DNA from: Candidatus Zixiibacteriota bacterium
GTDB lineage: Bacteria > Zixibacteria > MSB-5A5 > UM-FILTER-46-8
Reading direction: 5' to 3'
NCBI GenBank assembly: GCA_014730175.1
Contig: WJIR01000223.1
Span: 1 to 48,846, forward strand
DNA: 48,846 nucleotides
Under the pieces are notes generated by a model, which did not search any database, was not told the DNA's origin, and saw nothing but the letters and a program-made list of their open reading frames with translations. Positions 22,506-33,403 of the stretch are shown piece by piece; positions within the stretch are counted from its first letter, which is position 1; every line of letters starts with the position of its first letter. A program made the position numbers and the translations under genes.

Positions 22506-24485
22506 CTACTTTAGTAATGTCATCCGTTTGGTGAGAGCTTTGCCTCCTGCGGTTAGCTTGTAGAAGTAGATACCGGATGACTGACTTGAAGCGTCCCAGA
22601 CTACGCTATGCTGTCCGGCATCCATGTTACCGTCAACCAATGTTGCCACTTTCTGCCCCATGATGTTGTAAACCTCAAGGGCAACGTTACCGGCTTCCGG
22701 TAACTCGTAGGTTATGGTCGTGGTAGCGTTAAACGGATTAGGGAAGCTACCGATCAAAGCATATTCGCCTGGCACCTCAGCGGAATCAAAGCCACCCTCA
22801 AGCATCCATTCATTAGCGCCATCAGCGGTACGAACGCCGGTTACGGTGAACGGAAAGCAGAAGGAATCATCCTTCACGCTCGGGCGATCACCGCAATAGC
22901 AACAGTACTGATACGTGCCTTGAGGCGCATAGCCCGGCACATTTTGCCACATGTGGGCGCTTATATGCTGTCCCGGATTAATTGGACGATTGGCGAAGCT
23001 AAATTGTTGATAAAAATTCCCGAATCCCCAAACGCCGCCCCAGATATCGGTAACAATGGTCTCGTTACACGGATTCTCGATATGTCCGGTTACGCCGAAT
23101 CTGCCGCCCGGCGGCACAACAACCGGATCATCGTCAGGAACCATCCATATATTGCAGACGCATTCTCCGGCATCGGCGTATAACCGGAATTCATGATATG
23201 CATCCGATTCCGTATCGAAAACGAAGTAGTTAAAGAACTCCTGATCGACCATGTATTGGATTGAGAACCGCATATCATACTCGGTAAAAGCCTCGATTCC
23301 AGGACCGGTGGAATACCACCTTACACCTCCCAGAGGACGAGGATTACCCCGAGGATCATAATAGACGAATTCAGAATACCACGGTCCCGTTCCCGTGGGA
23401 GCGTCAAGTTCCGGAGGTATTCCGGGATCTACTTCAACTTCCTCAGGGAATATAATCAGTTCCGTTAAATTAATAACATCATCGGGACCCTGATCATAAT
23501 TTCCGATGAAGGAAACCATGGGACCTTTGCCGAGTCCGAATTCGATCTCGCCATCATCACAATTGCTCCAGGTATATTCCTGTCCGCCAAATTCCTCCTC
23601 CTGCTCCGGCTCATTATATTCGAAATCATCGATAACGAAGAAATCCCCGGAGTTGTGGTAAATGACATAAGCGATACCATCAGCATTTACCTCAATGTAG
23701 TCGGAATATGTGTAGTTACTCGGCCCCTGTGCACTTGCAATTAAGGTGCCACCAGCATCGTAGGCTTCCAGATAGAAATCGTAGTACGAAGTGTACCACA
23801 ATCCTACATGATCGGTAGGATTGTCGAAGTTCACCTGCACAAAGGACTCATCGATGGAAGCAAGGACCTGATGGCCTGAGTGCGGAGGATAACCGGTATC
23901 GTTATATCCATAGACCAGGTTTTCGAGAATAACCGCCGCAGGTCCGAAATACAGTCCCGGATAAAATCCATCTAAGTTCTGGTTACCGCCGAAATACCAA
24001 TATTCCTCCGGTACGTCTTCAAAATCAAGAATGACAAGACCGTCTGAATTGCCCTTCGCCGTTCGCTGTAAGACGACCACCTCCCAATCCGGCTGCGGGT
24101 CTAACACGAATGTGACTATTAATGAGTCATTCGAAGGACGGTTATTAATCACACCTCCAATAAGAGCCGATTGCGATGCTCCCCCGTTATAATATCCTTT
24201 ACCGTCAATTGCGGTCATGCGCCAGGCATTAGGATGATTCCAGGTGAATGTTACACCCTTCGTGTTGTAGGATACATAATAATTCGTACTTGAATACCAC
24301 ACAGTATCGCCCATGGCAAGACTGACAGGACCGGGAGCTTGCCAGGGAGCATTCGGAGGCTGAGTATTGCCCGGGTCAGTTGTTGCCATATAGTCCGGCG
24401 CCCAGGCTTGTGCGCTACTGAATCCCCAAAATACCATGGTAATTAATCCAAGTAATATCATTAAATATTTATTTGTGTACATCAC
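22506..24485 (-). CDS. Secreted multidomain protein with the shared penultimate domain and C-terminal sorting domain
   Basis: Signal peptide; beta-sandwich segments (LDFED...IDDFEY); PDDDPVVVPPGGRFG domain; SFPNPFNATT...KRMTLLK. Confidence 0.85.
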   Translation of the reverse strand: MMYTNKYLMILLGLITMVFWGFSSAQAWAPDYMATTDPGNTQPPNAPWQAPGPVSLAMGDTVWYSSTNYYVSYNTKGVTFTWNHPNAWRMTAIDGKGYYNGGASQSALIGGVINNRPSNDSLIVTFVLDPQPDWEVVVLQRTAKGNSDGLVILDFEDVPEEYWYFGGNQNLDGFYPGLYFGPAAVILENLVYGYNDTGYPPHSGHQVLASIDESFVQVNFDNPTDHVGLWYTSYYDFYLEAYDAGGTLIASAQGPSNYTYSDYIEVNADGIAYVIYHNSGDFFVIDDFEYNEPEQEEEFGGQEYTWSNCDDGEIEFGLGKGPMVSFIGNYDQGPDDVINLTELIIFPEEVEVDPGIPPELDAPTGTGPWYSEFVYYDPRGNPRPLGGVRWYSTGPGIEAFTEYDMRFSIQYMVDQEFFNYFVFDTESDAYHEFRLYADAGECVCNIWMVPDDDPVVVPPGGRFGVTGHIENPCNETIVTDIWGGVWGFGNFYQQFSFANRPINPGQHISAHMWQNVPGYAPQGTYQYCCYCGDRPSVKDDSFCFPFTVTGVRTADGANEWMLEGGFDSAEVPGEYALIGSFPNPFNATTTITYELPEAGNVALEVYNIMGQKVATLVDGNMDAGQHSVVWDASSQSSGIYFYKLTAGGKALTKRMTLLK

Positions 24486-24877
24486 TATCTCCTAAGATTA
24501 TTTTTATATATTTACAAATACTATATTCTTTCCTTTTAAACTTCAAAGATTAGGTCTCGGGGGGCCGCGCAGACGAATAATGCGAGGGATAAAAAATGAT
24601 ATGTGTAAATATAGGCTCATTGCTTTTGAATGCCTTATCGATACATTCTTCTGCTTTTTAAAGACTTACAACTATTCTGAGGATTTCTGGTGAATGATCG
24701 TGGGATTGAGTACATCCTCAATGGTAAGACTAATTTAATTCAATATTGTTCCTTATTTAATTCAACATTCTATAGTTATTAAAGGACTCAATATATAATC
24801 CTGATAAATTAATAAACCTTACAACTATTATATATTAATTATGAATTACAGTATTAACATAAGAGGGATTTAAAGAA

Positions 24878-24902
24878 TCGGGCTGGAATTAATCCAGCCC
24901 GA
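24878..24902 (-). terminator. Probable terminator of the 24963-27092 gene
   Basis: TCGGGCTGGA-attaa-TCCAGCCCGA hairpin followed by TTCTTT on the minus strand. Confidence 0.65.
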
Positions 24903-24962
24903 AGTTTGAATGCTCGTGGAATCAATAATTTGCGGCTTCACATTCGCTGGGTTATCGATTTC

Positions 24963-27092
24963 TTACTTAAGTAATGTCATTCGCTTCGTAGCAATCTCTC
25001 CTCCTGCTTCTAATTTATAGAGATATATTCCGGAGGAATACTTAGATCCATCCCAGGTTATCTGGTGGCAACCCGCAGATTTACTTTCATTTACTAACGT
25101 AGCCACTTTCTGTCCCAGTAAATTGAAGACTTCGAGATTCACAAAGTTTGCATCAGGTAATTCATAAGTAATGACGGTGGTAGCGTTAAATGGATTGGGA
25201 TATGCATCCATCAGCATGAATGAGGATGGAATCTCCGCATCGCTGAAACCGCCTTCGAATACCCATTCATCAGCGCCACCTTCAATACGAGCCCCCGCGA
25301 CAGTGAACGGGAAACAGCATTCATACTCAATAAGGTCGGGATAGTCACCGCTGTAGGCGCAATAATCGTATGTTCCGGTAGGAACATAACCGGGGATTCT
25401 CTGCCAGAAATGTCCGGAAATAGTGTCCCCTGGATTCAACGTGAGATTCAGGAAGCGGAATTGCGTATAGAAATTACCCTGATATAGAACGCCTACCCAA
25501 ACATCTGTTGTCTTTTGTTGGCCGGATAAATTGGTAAGATAACCGGTACCACCAAATCTTCCGCCGGGCGGGACTATAACCGGGTCATCATCCGGAATCA
25601 TCCAGATCTCGCCGGTGCAATTAGATGAATGCAAACAGAATGCGAAATCATACGCCTCGCCATAGAGAAGCTCTTCAATGGGTTTCCATTCCCCATCCCA
25701 ATTATAATAGGCCTGCGAACCGGTTATTGGAAGAGTGGTTCCCGAATAGCTGTAACCGAAGGAAACCTGACTGACAGGACGCATACCAATCCAGTAGGTG
25801 CCGGCAGGTAAAGAAATGTCTAAACCCCTTATGTAATAGACGAATTGATTGAAATTCCAAAGATCCTCTCCAACATCAAATCTAAAATTAGGAACATCAA
25901 ACATTTCCACAATCGTGTCTCCCGGAGCGCCGTTGTTATCTGCTAATATTATTATATCATCGGTATTGCGGAAATCGAAGGCATCATCTGTAATGGCCCA
26001 CCAGGACATGCCGGAGATAGTCGTCTCTTCACTAAGAACGAAATCGTCGACCACCCAGGCTTCACTTTCAGTACCGTAATATCTACAGCAGCCTACGGCA
26101 TAATCCCATGTAGGTTCGCCGTTGTGCCAGACAGTCACCCCCTCCGGGCATGGTTCCGGATATGGCGGAGGTTCTATAATCTCATGGTCGAATATTTGAG
26201 TCATTATGCTGGCGCAATCACCCGGCTGTAATTTCTGCACGAGATAATGACCATATATATGTCCACCAATATAAGCTCCGTAGGTAATCACATCACAAGA
26301 CCATGACATCCCCGGCTCAAGTGCAACGACATCCGTCAATAGCGTATCGAACGGAAAGACGCTATCGATAGGAATTTCATCAAAGCTGGGACGGAACCTA
26401 AAATCGAGTAGTTCGATAGTTCCAGTTGTATCATCATTCTGGAAAGTAACGCGATGGCGATAATAATCATCACCGATATGCTTGGGCCAGTCGACCGTCC
26501 ATCCGAGATTAGGAGCTGCTTTTATGCTCTTGGCGCCTTCCCAATCGATATCCGCTGTTCTCAGAGTGTTCCATCCAGTCAACCACAGGCAGGCATAGAC
26601 ATCAACCTGACCACCTCGTGGGATAACTCCGTCCGTACAATGTACTCTAACCGCATGCTGGCCGTTATCGCCGTTACTGTGATACGGTTCAGGTTGATTG
26701 GTGCGCTCCGAGGTGACCTCGTAGAAGCCATCCGGTGGAGGAGATACGCAAACCATCCAACCATTTACATCGATCCCATCCTCCTTCTGCCATAGAGTGA
26801 AATTTAATTCATAAGCCAGGTTTACTTCATCATTACAGAACGTTAAATGTGATTCAACCAAAACTCCCTCCTGAGTACCTCCGGTAGTCACCACATAATT
26901 ATCCGGGCAGTCATCGCAAATCGATTCGATTAGTCCTCCTGCCGGAATATCAATACCTCCTTTCTTTGATTGGTGTGAAATCCTCTCGTAATCACCTAAC
27001 TTGATTACAGGGTTTTGATTAGCGCTTGCCGAAATTGTACCAACTAACGCTAAAAGCGTCACCATTAATAGATTGATTGTGATGCGGTACAT
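24963..27092 (-). CDS. Secreted multidomain Cys-rich protein with the shared penultimate domain and C-terminal sorting domain
   Basis: Start moved to ATG 27092 (AGGAGG RBS, signal peptide MYRITINLL...); PDDDPVIVPPGGRFG; AYPNPFNATT...KRMTLLK. Confidence 0.85.
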   Translation of the reverse strand: MYRITINLLMVTLLALVGTISASANQNPVIKLGDYERISHQSKKGGIDIPAGGLIESICDDCPDNYVVTTGGTQEGVLVESHLTFCNDEVNLAYELNFTLWQKEDGIDVNGWMVCVSPPPDGFYEVTSERTNQPEPYHSNGDNGQHAVRVHCTDGVIPRGGQVDVYACLWLTGWNTLRTADIDWEGAKSIKAAPNLGWTVDWPKHIGDDYYRHRVTFQNDDTTGTIELLDFRFRPSFDEIPIDSVFPFDTLLTDVVALEPGMSWSCDVITYGAYIGGHIYGHYLVQKLQPGDCASIMTQIFDHEIIEPPPYPEPCPEGVTVWHNGEPTWDYAVGCCRYYGTESEAWVVDDFVLSEETTISGMSWWAITDDAFDFRNTDDIIILADNNGAPGDTIVEMFDVPNFRFDVGEDLWNFNQFVYYIRGLDISLPAGTYWIGMRPVSQVSFGYSYSGTTLPITGSQAYYNWDGEWKPIEELLYGEAYDFAFCLHSSNCTGEIWMIPDDDPVIVPPGGRFGGTGYLTNLSGQQKTTDVWVGVLYQGNFYTQFRFLNLTLNPGDTISGHFWQRIPGYVPTGTYDYCAYSGDYPDLIEYECCFPFTVAGARIEGGADEWVFEGGFSDAEIPSSFMLMDAYPNPFNATTVITYELPDANFVNLEVFNLLGQKVATLVNESKSAGCHQITWDGSKYSSGIYLYKLEAGGEIATKRMTLLK

Positions 27093-27361
27093 GATTGCAC
27101 CTCCTGATTCTAAAGATTTAAAGTTAGTAGCTTCCGCCGATGCCGTGGACAGTTTCCATTCGGCATACTGCATAGCGTTACATTAGATTTATTTGATTTT
27201 CACAATTTCCTTATTTCAGGTCTGCATTCAACATTGCATCAATTTCAGCTTTATCAGCCGCTATTGATATATCCCGTAAAATTTTAATATCTTACATTGA
27301 TGGTGATAATGCTAAGATGGCTTAGTTATATAAGGTTTGCTAAGATTCGAGAGTAATTAGA

Positions 27362-27384
27362 ACGGGCTGCCAGTTGCAGCCCGT
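27362..27384 (-). terminator. Probable terminator of the 27452-29851 gene
   Basis: ACGGGCTGC-cagtt-GCAGCCCGT hairpin with a weak U-tract. Confidence 0.55.
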
Positions 27385-27451
27385 AAGTAATCCGGATGGT
27401 AGATTCAGTTGAATTGATCGGCAATCTAATTATATGCCGATTGAGAGCGAT

Positions 27452-29851
27452 TTATTTCATAAATGTCACTCGCTTAACTACTACATTGTCCTCAACCTGC
27501 AATCTGTAGAAATAAATTCCCGAAGGTACATTAGAAGCCTGCCAGATGACACTGTGATATCCGGCTTGCTTATATTGATTTACCAAGGTCCCGACATGCT
27601 GGCCACGGATATTGTAAACCGCCAGGGATACCTCACCCGCTTCCGGAATACTGAATTTGATACTGGTTTCATTGTTGAAGGGATTCGGATAAGCATCATA
27701 TAGAATTATGTTTCTCGGTAAGACGTCATTGCCGAGTTCGTTAGTGTCTTTAAGGAATCCGCCTTCGAAGGACCAATCCTCATATCCGCCATGGAGACGC
27801 GGAGCGATCACGGTGAATGGGAAATATGACGAATCACAAGGATTATCGGGACGGTCTCCGCTGTAGGCGATATAGGTATAGGTTCCAAGAGGAGCGAATC
27901 CCGGCACATTCTGCCACCCGTGGGCGGTTAAGGTCTGTCCCGGAGCTAACGGTATATTATTGTAAGCAAACTGCTGATAGAAGGAGCCCATATACTTAAC
28001 CCCACCCCAGACATCGGTTACCATGGGATCGGCAAGGGGATTTGAAATAATCCCGGTGAATCCGAATCTGTCCCCGGGCGGTACCATCACAGGGGGATCA
28101 TCCGGAATCATGTCAACATCGGAGCAGAGGTTTTCGCGCCCGACTATGTAAAAGGATACGTCGAACTGATATCCGAAAACCACTTCGCAGGGCGTCCATT
28201 CATCATATCCGAAAAATTCAGACCTGAAATAGCTCTGTTCCATCGTTAACGGCAGATGAGTTACCCAAAAATTACGTCCGATTTCATATCTGTCCGCAAC
28301 GATCGTCCCGTTATCCCGATTGACGGGACGAAAACCAAACCAATATGTCCCGGGATCAAGGACTATAGTTGTATCGATAGTGTGGATGCAATAGGCGAAC
28401 AGACTATCATTTCCGACGCCTCCTGTATAAGTGCGTGTATTGGGAACATCCTTGAGATAATATAAAGTATCAGCAGGCATATTACCGACGCTACTCAGAA
28501 TAATAATATCATCAACATCCTGAAATACGTAGTTCGAGTCGGTTTTCGCCCACCATTTCATACCGGTGATATTCACTCTTTTGTTGAATGTGACATCATC
28601 CACTACCCAGGCATCCAGTGTGTCGATTTGAGCATTATTTAGAGGTGTGGCTCCTGAGGGTGGATTTTCGGGAACTATGTGACGGTCGCAAATCAGGAAA
28701 TCTTCATAGGTAGGTCCGCCGTTGTTCCAGATTATGCTATCCTGAGGATTCCAGCAGTAATCACACCAAAAACCGGTAGATAAATCATAGGGGAGGGGAA
28801 CCATATTTCCGATAGGATCCTCCTGGAACGCAAACCCATCGCCCTCGAACGAATTCCCCCATAGAAAGGCGCATCCGTCGCCATATTCGCTGGTACTCTG
28901 GATCGATATCCACCCCTCGTTCAGCTCAACGTGTGGTATGAAGACGATATCCCATTCGATCAACTCATAGATTCCACCGTATAATATACCGGTAGCGGTC
29001 CTGTACGGTAACAGATCGAAATAACTCTCTAACAGAGCGCCAGGTACTCCTCCGGCATCTTCATAAAATTCAACCAGGAATTGGATGGGATATTCATCGC
29101 ATTCAGTCCAGCCTCCATCATAATGGGCATCAATACCCCAGAACTGCATACTGCTAATGAAATCAAGAGTAGGACAATAAAAATTCTCAAATACTTTGTA
29201 CGGACCGACTTCCACGTCACTTGTTGTGAAAGTCCAGTTACCTTCCGGGGATGTCACTTCTTGCTGGCAACCCGGTAACGGTACAAATGAGTCGTTAACA
29301 TCTATGGTGTAATTTCCTTCAGCGCCATTGAAACCATCAACCACAATGAAATAAATGTTACCCCCAATGACCTCGAGCTCAGTTATTTCCGAGACGTAGC
29401 CGGGACAAGCATCATCATTGCAGATAATCAGGTTTGCAGGGGCGTTCTCATAGACGTAGAGCTTCGTATCGAAATCGGAGTTAGCGCATAGCGTGATATC
29501 GATTACCCGATCATGCGTTGGTTCGTAGGAATACACCACATCCGGCGAACCGACATCAGTATATGGACACGCTTCTACATAATCATCATTATAACCCACC
29601 GTCGTCCCTAAATCAGTGAAAGGAATCTGGGGTATTGGATAGGCATCAGTAGTAGTATCTCCTCCCTGACTGATAACGCCGGGATCCGGTTCAGACATTG
29701 TTTTCACGGTGGCGAATTTCTTATCGGTAGAAATTCCTTTATCTGTCTGCTGGAATCCTATCTCATTTTGTGAGATAGCAGGCTCTCCCATTGCGATTCC
29801 AAAGCTAATTAGTAGCACAGGGATAATTGTGCTTAATATCATTTTATTCAT
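27452..29851 (-). CDS. Secreted multidomain protein (PPC-like domain plus beta-sandwich domains) with the shared penultimate domain and C-terminal sorting domain
   Basis: Start moved to ATG 29851 (GAGGGAG RBS, signal MNKMILST...); DVVYSY..SDFDTKLYVY..CNDDAC..YFIVVDG; PDDPPVMVPPGDRFG; AYPNPFNNET...KRVTFMK. Confidence 0.85.
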   Translation of the reverse strand: MNKMILSTIIPVLLISFGIAMGEPAISQNEIGFQQTDKGISTDKKFATVKTMSEPDPGVISQGGDTTTDAYPIPQIPFTDLGTTVGYNDDYVEACPYTDVGSPDVVYSYEPTHDRVIDITLCANSDFDTKLYVYENAPANLIICNDDACPGYVSEITELEVIGGNIYFIVVDGFNGAEGNYTIDVNDSFVPLPGCQQEVTSPEGNWTFTTSDVEVGPYKVFENFYCPTLDFISSMQFWGIDAHYDGGWTECDEYPIQFLVEFYEDAGGVPGALLESYFDLLPYRTATGILYGGIYELIEWDIVFIPHVELNEGWISIQSTSEYGDGCAFLWGNSFEGDGFAFQEDPIGNMVPLPYDLSTGFWCDYCWNPQDSIIWNNGGPTYEDFLICDRHIVPENPPSGATPLNNAQIDTLDAWVVDDVTFNKRVNITGMKWWAKTDSNYVFQDVDDIIILSSVGNMPADTLYYLKDVPNTRTYTGGVGNDSLFAYCIHTIDTTIVLDPGTYWFGFRPVNRDNGTIVADRYEIGRNFWVTHLPLTMEQSYFRSEFFGYDEWTPCEVVFGYQFDVSFYIVGRENLCSDVDMIPDDPPVMVPPGDRFGFTGIISNPLADPMVTDVWGGVKYMGSFYQQFAYNNIPLAPGQTLTAHGWQNVPGFAPLGTYTYIAYSGDRPDNPCDSSYFPFTVIAPRLHGGYEDWSFEGGFLKDTNELGNDVLPRNIILYDAYPNPFNNETSIKFSIPEAGEVSLAVYNIRGQHVGTLVNQYKQAGYHSVIWQASNVPSGIYFYRLQVEDNVVVKRVTFMK

Positions 29852-30100
29852 AGTTCTCTCCCTCGGAAGAATTTTATGAGGTATACATTTATCGAAATAA
29901 AATATCACTTTTCTGCAAAGCTGCAAATCAAGCTAATTTCCAGCCTTCAGTCACTTGAATAAAAATATACAACATTTTTATCAATTTGTCACGGTATTAT
30001 TCTCAATTCCCTTGCTTTCATAAAGAAATCCCGCAGGATGTTAATTTAGTACAATAATAAATCCGTAGAAATCGATGTATCTTACAATATATTCAACTTT

Positions 30101-30254
30101 GATTATTCATAAATTTCATAATCGGTAGCGGAAGCCTTGCGCTTCCGGTGTTTCATTGTAATCTTCAATTCCGCTCCGTAAATGTTCTACGTCTATTGAG
30201 CTCCCGAAGGACAAGCCTTCGGCTACCGATTCATGTCTTTTGTGAGTTATCCGG
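30101..30254 (-). repeat. Family A repeat, copy 3 (most regular copy)
   Basis: Plus strand: GATTATTCATAAA..ATCGGTAGCGGAAGCCTTGCGCTTCCGG...CCGAAGGACAAGCCTTCGGCTACCGAT..TTTTGTGAGTTATCCGGG, i.e. two GTAG-hairpins in inverted orientation. Confidence 0.85.
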
Positions 30255-30288
30255 GTTAGCAATATATCAAAATCGATGCGGCGAAAAG

Positions 30289-30816
30289 CTATCGGAGCAT
30301 ACTTCGTCTTCGCTTCTTCTTTTTAGGTTTCTTCTCTTTTGGCGGAGGTTCGGGAGGCGGTACAGGCTCATCAACCACATGCGTATCGGCAAGCCGATCC
30401 TGTACTGGTGTATCATTAAACTTGTAATAACGGTAAACGCTGTAACCACATTGCAAACCGGAGACTATCAAACCGAATGCTCTCTTGATGGAAGTACCCA
30501 GAGTAATCTTTTTAGCGCCATGGGATTTTACTCTAATTTTTATAATATTTTTCCCGATAGTTTGGCCGTTCCAGAAGAAATTAGTCAGAACGGAATAAAG
30601 GAAGAAAGCAGCCACAAAAATCAAAAGATAACCATACCATCCCCCCGGATAATATGTTTCTACCTCGTATGTTAGAGTTCCCCCGCCTCTGAAATACCAT
30701 TCTACTATTCCAATAATAGCCAGTAGTATATATAGCACAATGAGATTGAGAACGGCATCGATAGCAAAGGCTGTAGCTCGTTGTTTGAAACTGGCAGGTT
30801 TTTCCGTATCATTCAT
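30289..30816 (-). CDS. RDD-family membrane protein
   Basis: ASFKQRATAFAID, GQTIGKNIIKIRV, KRAF and QDRLADTHVV; 4-bp overlap with glmM. Confidence 0.88.
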   Translation of the reverse strand: MNDTEKPASFKQRATAFAIDAVLNLIVLYILLAIIGIVEWYFRGGGTLTYEVETYYPGGWYGYLLIFVAAFFLYSVLTNFFWNGQTIGKNIIKIRVKSHGAKKITLGTSIKRAFGLIVSGLQCGYSVYRYYKFNDTPVQDRLADTHVVDEPVPPPEPPPKEKKPKKKKRRRSMLR

Positions 30817-32171
30817 TGTGTTAGCAGCGCTTTCTTAACTGTGTCTATTAATTCCTGTGCTTCACTTTTTCCGGGCGCCTCTGCTATGACGCGTGATATC
30901 GGTTCAGTGTTCGACGCCCTTATGTGTATCCATTTATCTTTATATTCAAACTTAAACCCATCATCCGAGTTCAATTTCGCATCGGTAAAAGCCGATATTA
31001 GCCTCCTTTTCTTTTTCTCGATATCCTCTTTTGTAATATCAACCTTTCCCTTTATCATCACATAAGAAGGAATCCCCGCGACAGCCTCCGATACCGTCTT
31101 TTTAGTTGTAGCAAGATATGATAATATCAGCGCTATACCGACTGCACCGTCTCTTCCGTACAGCAAATTGGGATAAATAACACCGCCATTCCCTTCTCCA
31201 CCAATTACACCTTTTGCGGACTTGAGCTTTAGGGATACATTGATCTCCCCGACTTTAGTCCTGTGAACCTTAACGCCATAACGGGAGGCGATATCGTCGA
31301 TCATGCGCGATGTTGATAGATTTGCGGCAACTGCTCCTTTCTGGTGCGAAAGGATGTAATCTACCGCGAAAGCGAGTGTATATTCTTCTCCGATCGCTTT
31401 ACCGTTTTCGTCAACAATTGCCAGACGGTCTGCGTCGGGATCGTGCGCGAAGCCGATATCGCATCCATTGTCTTTAACAGCCGTTGATAATTTCCGCAGG
31501 TTAGTCGGAACCGGTTCAGGCCCTCGCCCGAATTTCCCGGTCGGCTCACAATTCAAGCAGATCACACGACATCCCAGTTTCTTCAACAATTTCGGGGATA
31601 GTAAAGCTCCGGCGCCGTTTACACAATCCAGAGCGACTTTGAACTTCCGGTTCTGTACAGCACGTGTTCTGACTGCGTCCAATTTCATTATCTTATCGAT
31701 ATGAAATTGTATGAACTCCTCTTTATAAATCCTACCCAGCCGATTGTGCGGCTTGTATGCAAATTCCGCGCTTTTAAAGATTTCCAGCAGTTTCTCACCC
31801 TCTGTGGAACTCAGAAACATCCCTTTGGAATTAAGCAGTTTTAACGCATTCCATTCCGGAGGATTATGAGATGCGGTGATGATTATTCCCCCTGCGGCTT
31901 TCATTTTTTTAACCGCCAATTCGACAGTAGGGGTGGGGCAGATCCCCAAATCGATGATATCTCTGCCGCAGCCGATCAAACCGGCGCAAACAGCGGGAAT
32001 AATCATCCTTCGGGACGGACGTGTATCCGAGCCAATTATGATTTTACCGCTTTTACAGAAGGTGCCAAAGGCAGCCCCAAACCGTACCGCTGTTTCGGGA
32101 GTCAAGCCGTCTTCTGCTCCGACCACGCCGCGGATTCCCGACACTGAGATTAGAAGTTTTTTTGAATTCAT
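30813..32171 (-). CDS. glmM: Phosphoglucosamine mutase (alpha-D-phosphohexomutase family)
   Basis: SVSGIRG, ITASHNP, DPDADR, GGEGNGG and RASNTEPI. Substrate specificity (GlmM versus PMM/PGM) is inferred. Confidence 0.8.
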   Translation of the reverse strand: MNSKKLLISVSGIRGVVGAEDGLTPETAVRFGAAFGTFCKSGKIIIGSDTRPSRRMIIPAVCAGLIGCGRDIIDLGICPTPTVELAVKKMKAAGGIIITASHNPPEWNALKLLNSKGMFLSSTEGEKLLEIFKSAEFAYKPHNRLGRIYKEEFIQFHIDKIMKLDAVRTRAVQNRKFKVALDCVNGAGALLSPKLLKKLGCRVICLNCEPTGKFGRGPEPVPTNLRKLSTAVKDNGCDIGFAHDPDADRLAIVDENGKAIGEEYTLAFAVDYILSHQKGAVAANLSTSRMIDDIASRYGVKVHRTKVGEINVSLKLKSAKGVIGGEGNGGVIYPNLLYGRDGAVGIALILSYLATTKKTVSEAVAGIPSYVMIKGKVDITKEDIEKKKRRLISAFTDAKLNSDDGFKFEYKDKWIHIRASNTEPISRVIAEAPGKSEAQELIDTVKKALLTQ

Positions 32172-32317
32172 TGTTATAGCCCTTATTCAATATTCTCAGG
32201 TAAATATAGCCTTTAAACCCGATCTTTGCAATTTTTTATCAATTAAGTGGATTCTGAAGAAAGTATCTTGTATTTTCCCATCGATTTAAATATCCAAGCA
32301 AAATGAAGGAGTTTATC

Positions 32318-33301
32318 ATGGCGATTTTGTTGAGTAAGAAAGATGTTGCTGATGTTTTAACCATGCCGGATACGATAGATATTCTGGAGAAAGCGTTCAT
32401 CGATCATAAGAACGGGCAAGTAGTGATGCCGGTAAGGCTAAACATACCTGAACCGGATCACTCCGGTATTTCTCTGTTTATGCCCTGTTATCTAAAAGGT
32501 CTGGAAGCGCTGGGAATAAAGACGGTGACAGTGTATAAAGATAATCCCGCCAAATATAATATGCCGACAGTTTTGGGTACGATAACCCTGCTGGACAACA
32601 AGACCGGAAATACACTGGCGGTGATGGATGCCGGCTATCTCACCGGTATGCGCACCGGTGCGGTTGCCGGTCTGGCAACCAAGTACCTCGCTCGGCCTAA
32701 TTCCAAAGTTATGGGGCTGCTGGGGGCGGGTGTCATGGCAAAATTCCAGCTTATGGCTGTCACCGCAGTAATTAAACTGGATAAGGTGAAGGTATTTTCC
32801 ATTGACAAACCGGAGAAACAGAAACAATTCAAGGAACTGATGGAACCGGCTGTCGGTACCAGCATCGAATTCGTAGATTCGGCGCAAAAGGCTGTAGCAG
32901 ATAGCGATATCGTCACACTGATCACTTCGGCTAAGGACCCGATAATCGATGGTGATTGGATCTCGCCCGGAACACATATCAACGGAGTAGGGTCACACGC
33001 GCCGACATTCCGCGAACCTGATACCAAAACCATTAAAAGGTCGAAAGTTGTTTGTGATTCTATCGAAGCCTGCAAAGCTGAGGCAGGGGATTTTATCATC
33101 CCGATCCATGACGGAGAGTTGGATGATTCGTTGTTCAAAGCCGAGCTGGGCGACGTGGTTACCGGTACGAAAGTAAGGACAGCCGATGATGATGTCACAT
33201 TCTTTAAGTCCGTCGGTTTGGCGTTACAGGATATATCGGTTGCCCATCACATTTACAGGAAAGCAGTGGAAGCCGGCAAAGGAATGCAATTTGAATTTTA
33301 A
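32318..33301 (+). CDS. Ornithine cyclodeaminase / mu-crystallin family protein (possibly archaeal-type alanine dehydrogenase)
   Basis: LFMP, GIKTVTVY..NP, LTGMRTGA, GAGVMA, PGTHINGVGS and FKSVGLALQD; AAGGAG RBS before ATG 32318. Confidence 0.9.
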   Translation: MAILLSKKDVADVLTMPDTIDILEKAFIDHKNGQVVMPVRLNIPEPDHSGISLFMPCYLKGLEALGIKTVTVYKDNPAKYNMPTVLGTITLLDNKTGNTLAVMDAGYLTGMRTGAVAGLATKYLARPNSKVMGLLGAGVMAKFQLMAVTAVIKLDKVKVFSIDKPEKQKQFKELMEPAVGTSIEFVDSAQKAVADSDIVTLITSAKDPIIDGDWISPGTHINGVGSHAPTFREPDTKTIKRSKVVCDSIEACKAEAGDFIIPIHDGELDDSLFKAELGDVVTGTKVRTADDDVTFFKSVGLALQDISVAHHIYRKAVEAGKGMQFEF

Positions 33302-33403
33302 TGCACAAATGTGGTTGCAGGCGGGAACAAATGTAAAATATGCCGGTTAATTTTTGGAATTTGATAATTTAATTAATGCTAATTAACAAAAAAAGGAGCT
33401 TTC

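Noticed and set aside
27093-27173. Longer ORF-track starts here and at 29926, 44519, 18394 and 32303
   Set aside because: Downstream ATGs have better RBSs and give proper signal peptides or homologous N-termini.
27105-27185. Hairpin in the leader of the 24963-27092 gene as a c-di-GMP riboswitch
   Set aside because: Only one modest stem (ATGCCG..CGGCAT) is present, and the conserved GEMM motifs are not recognisable.
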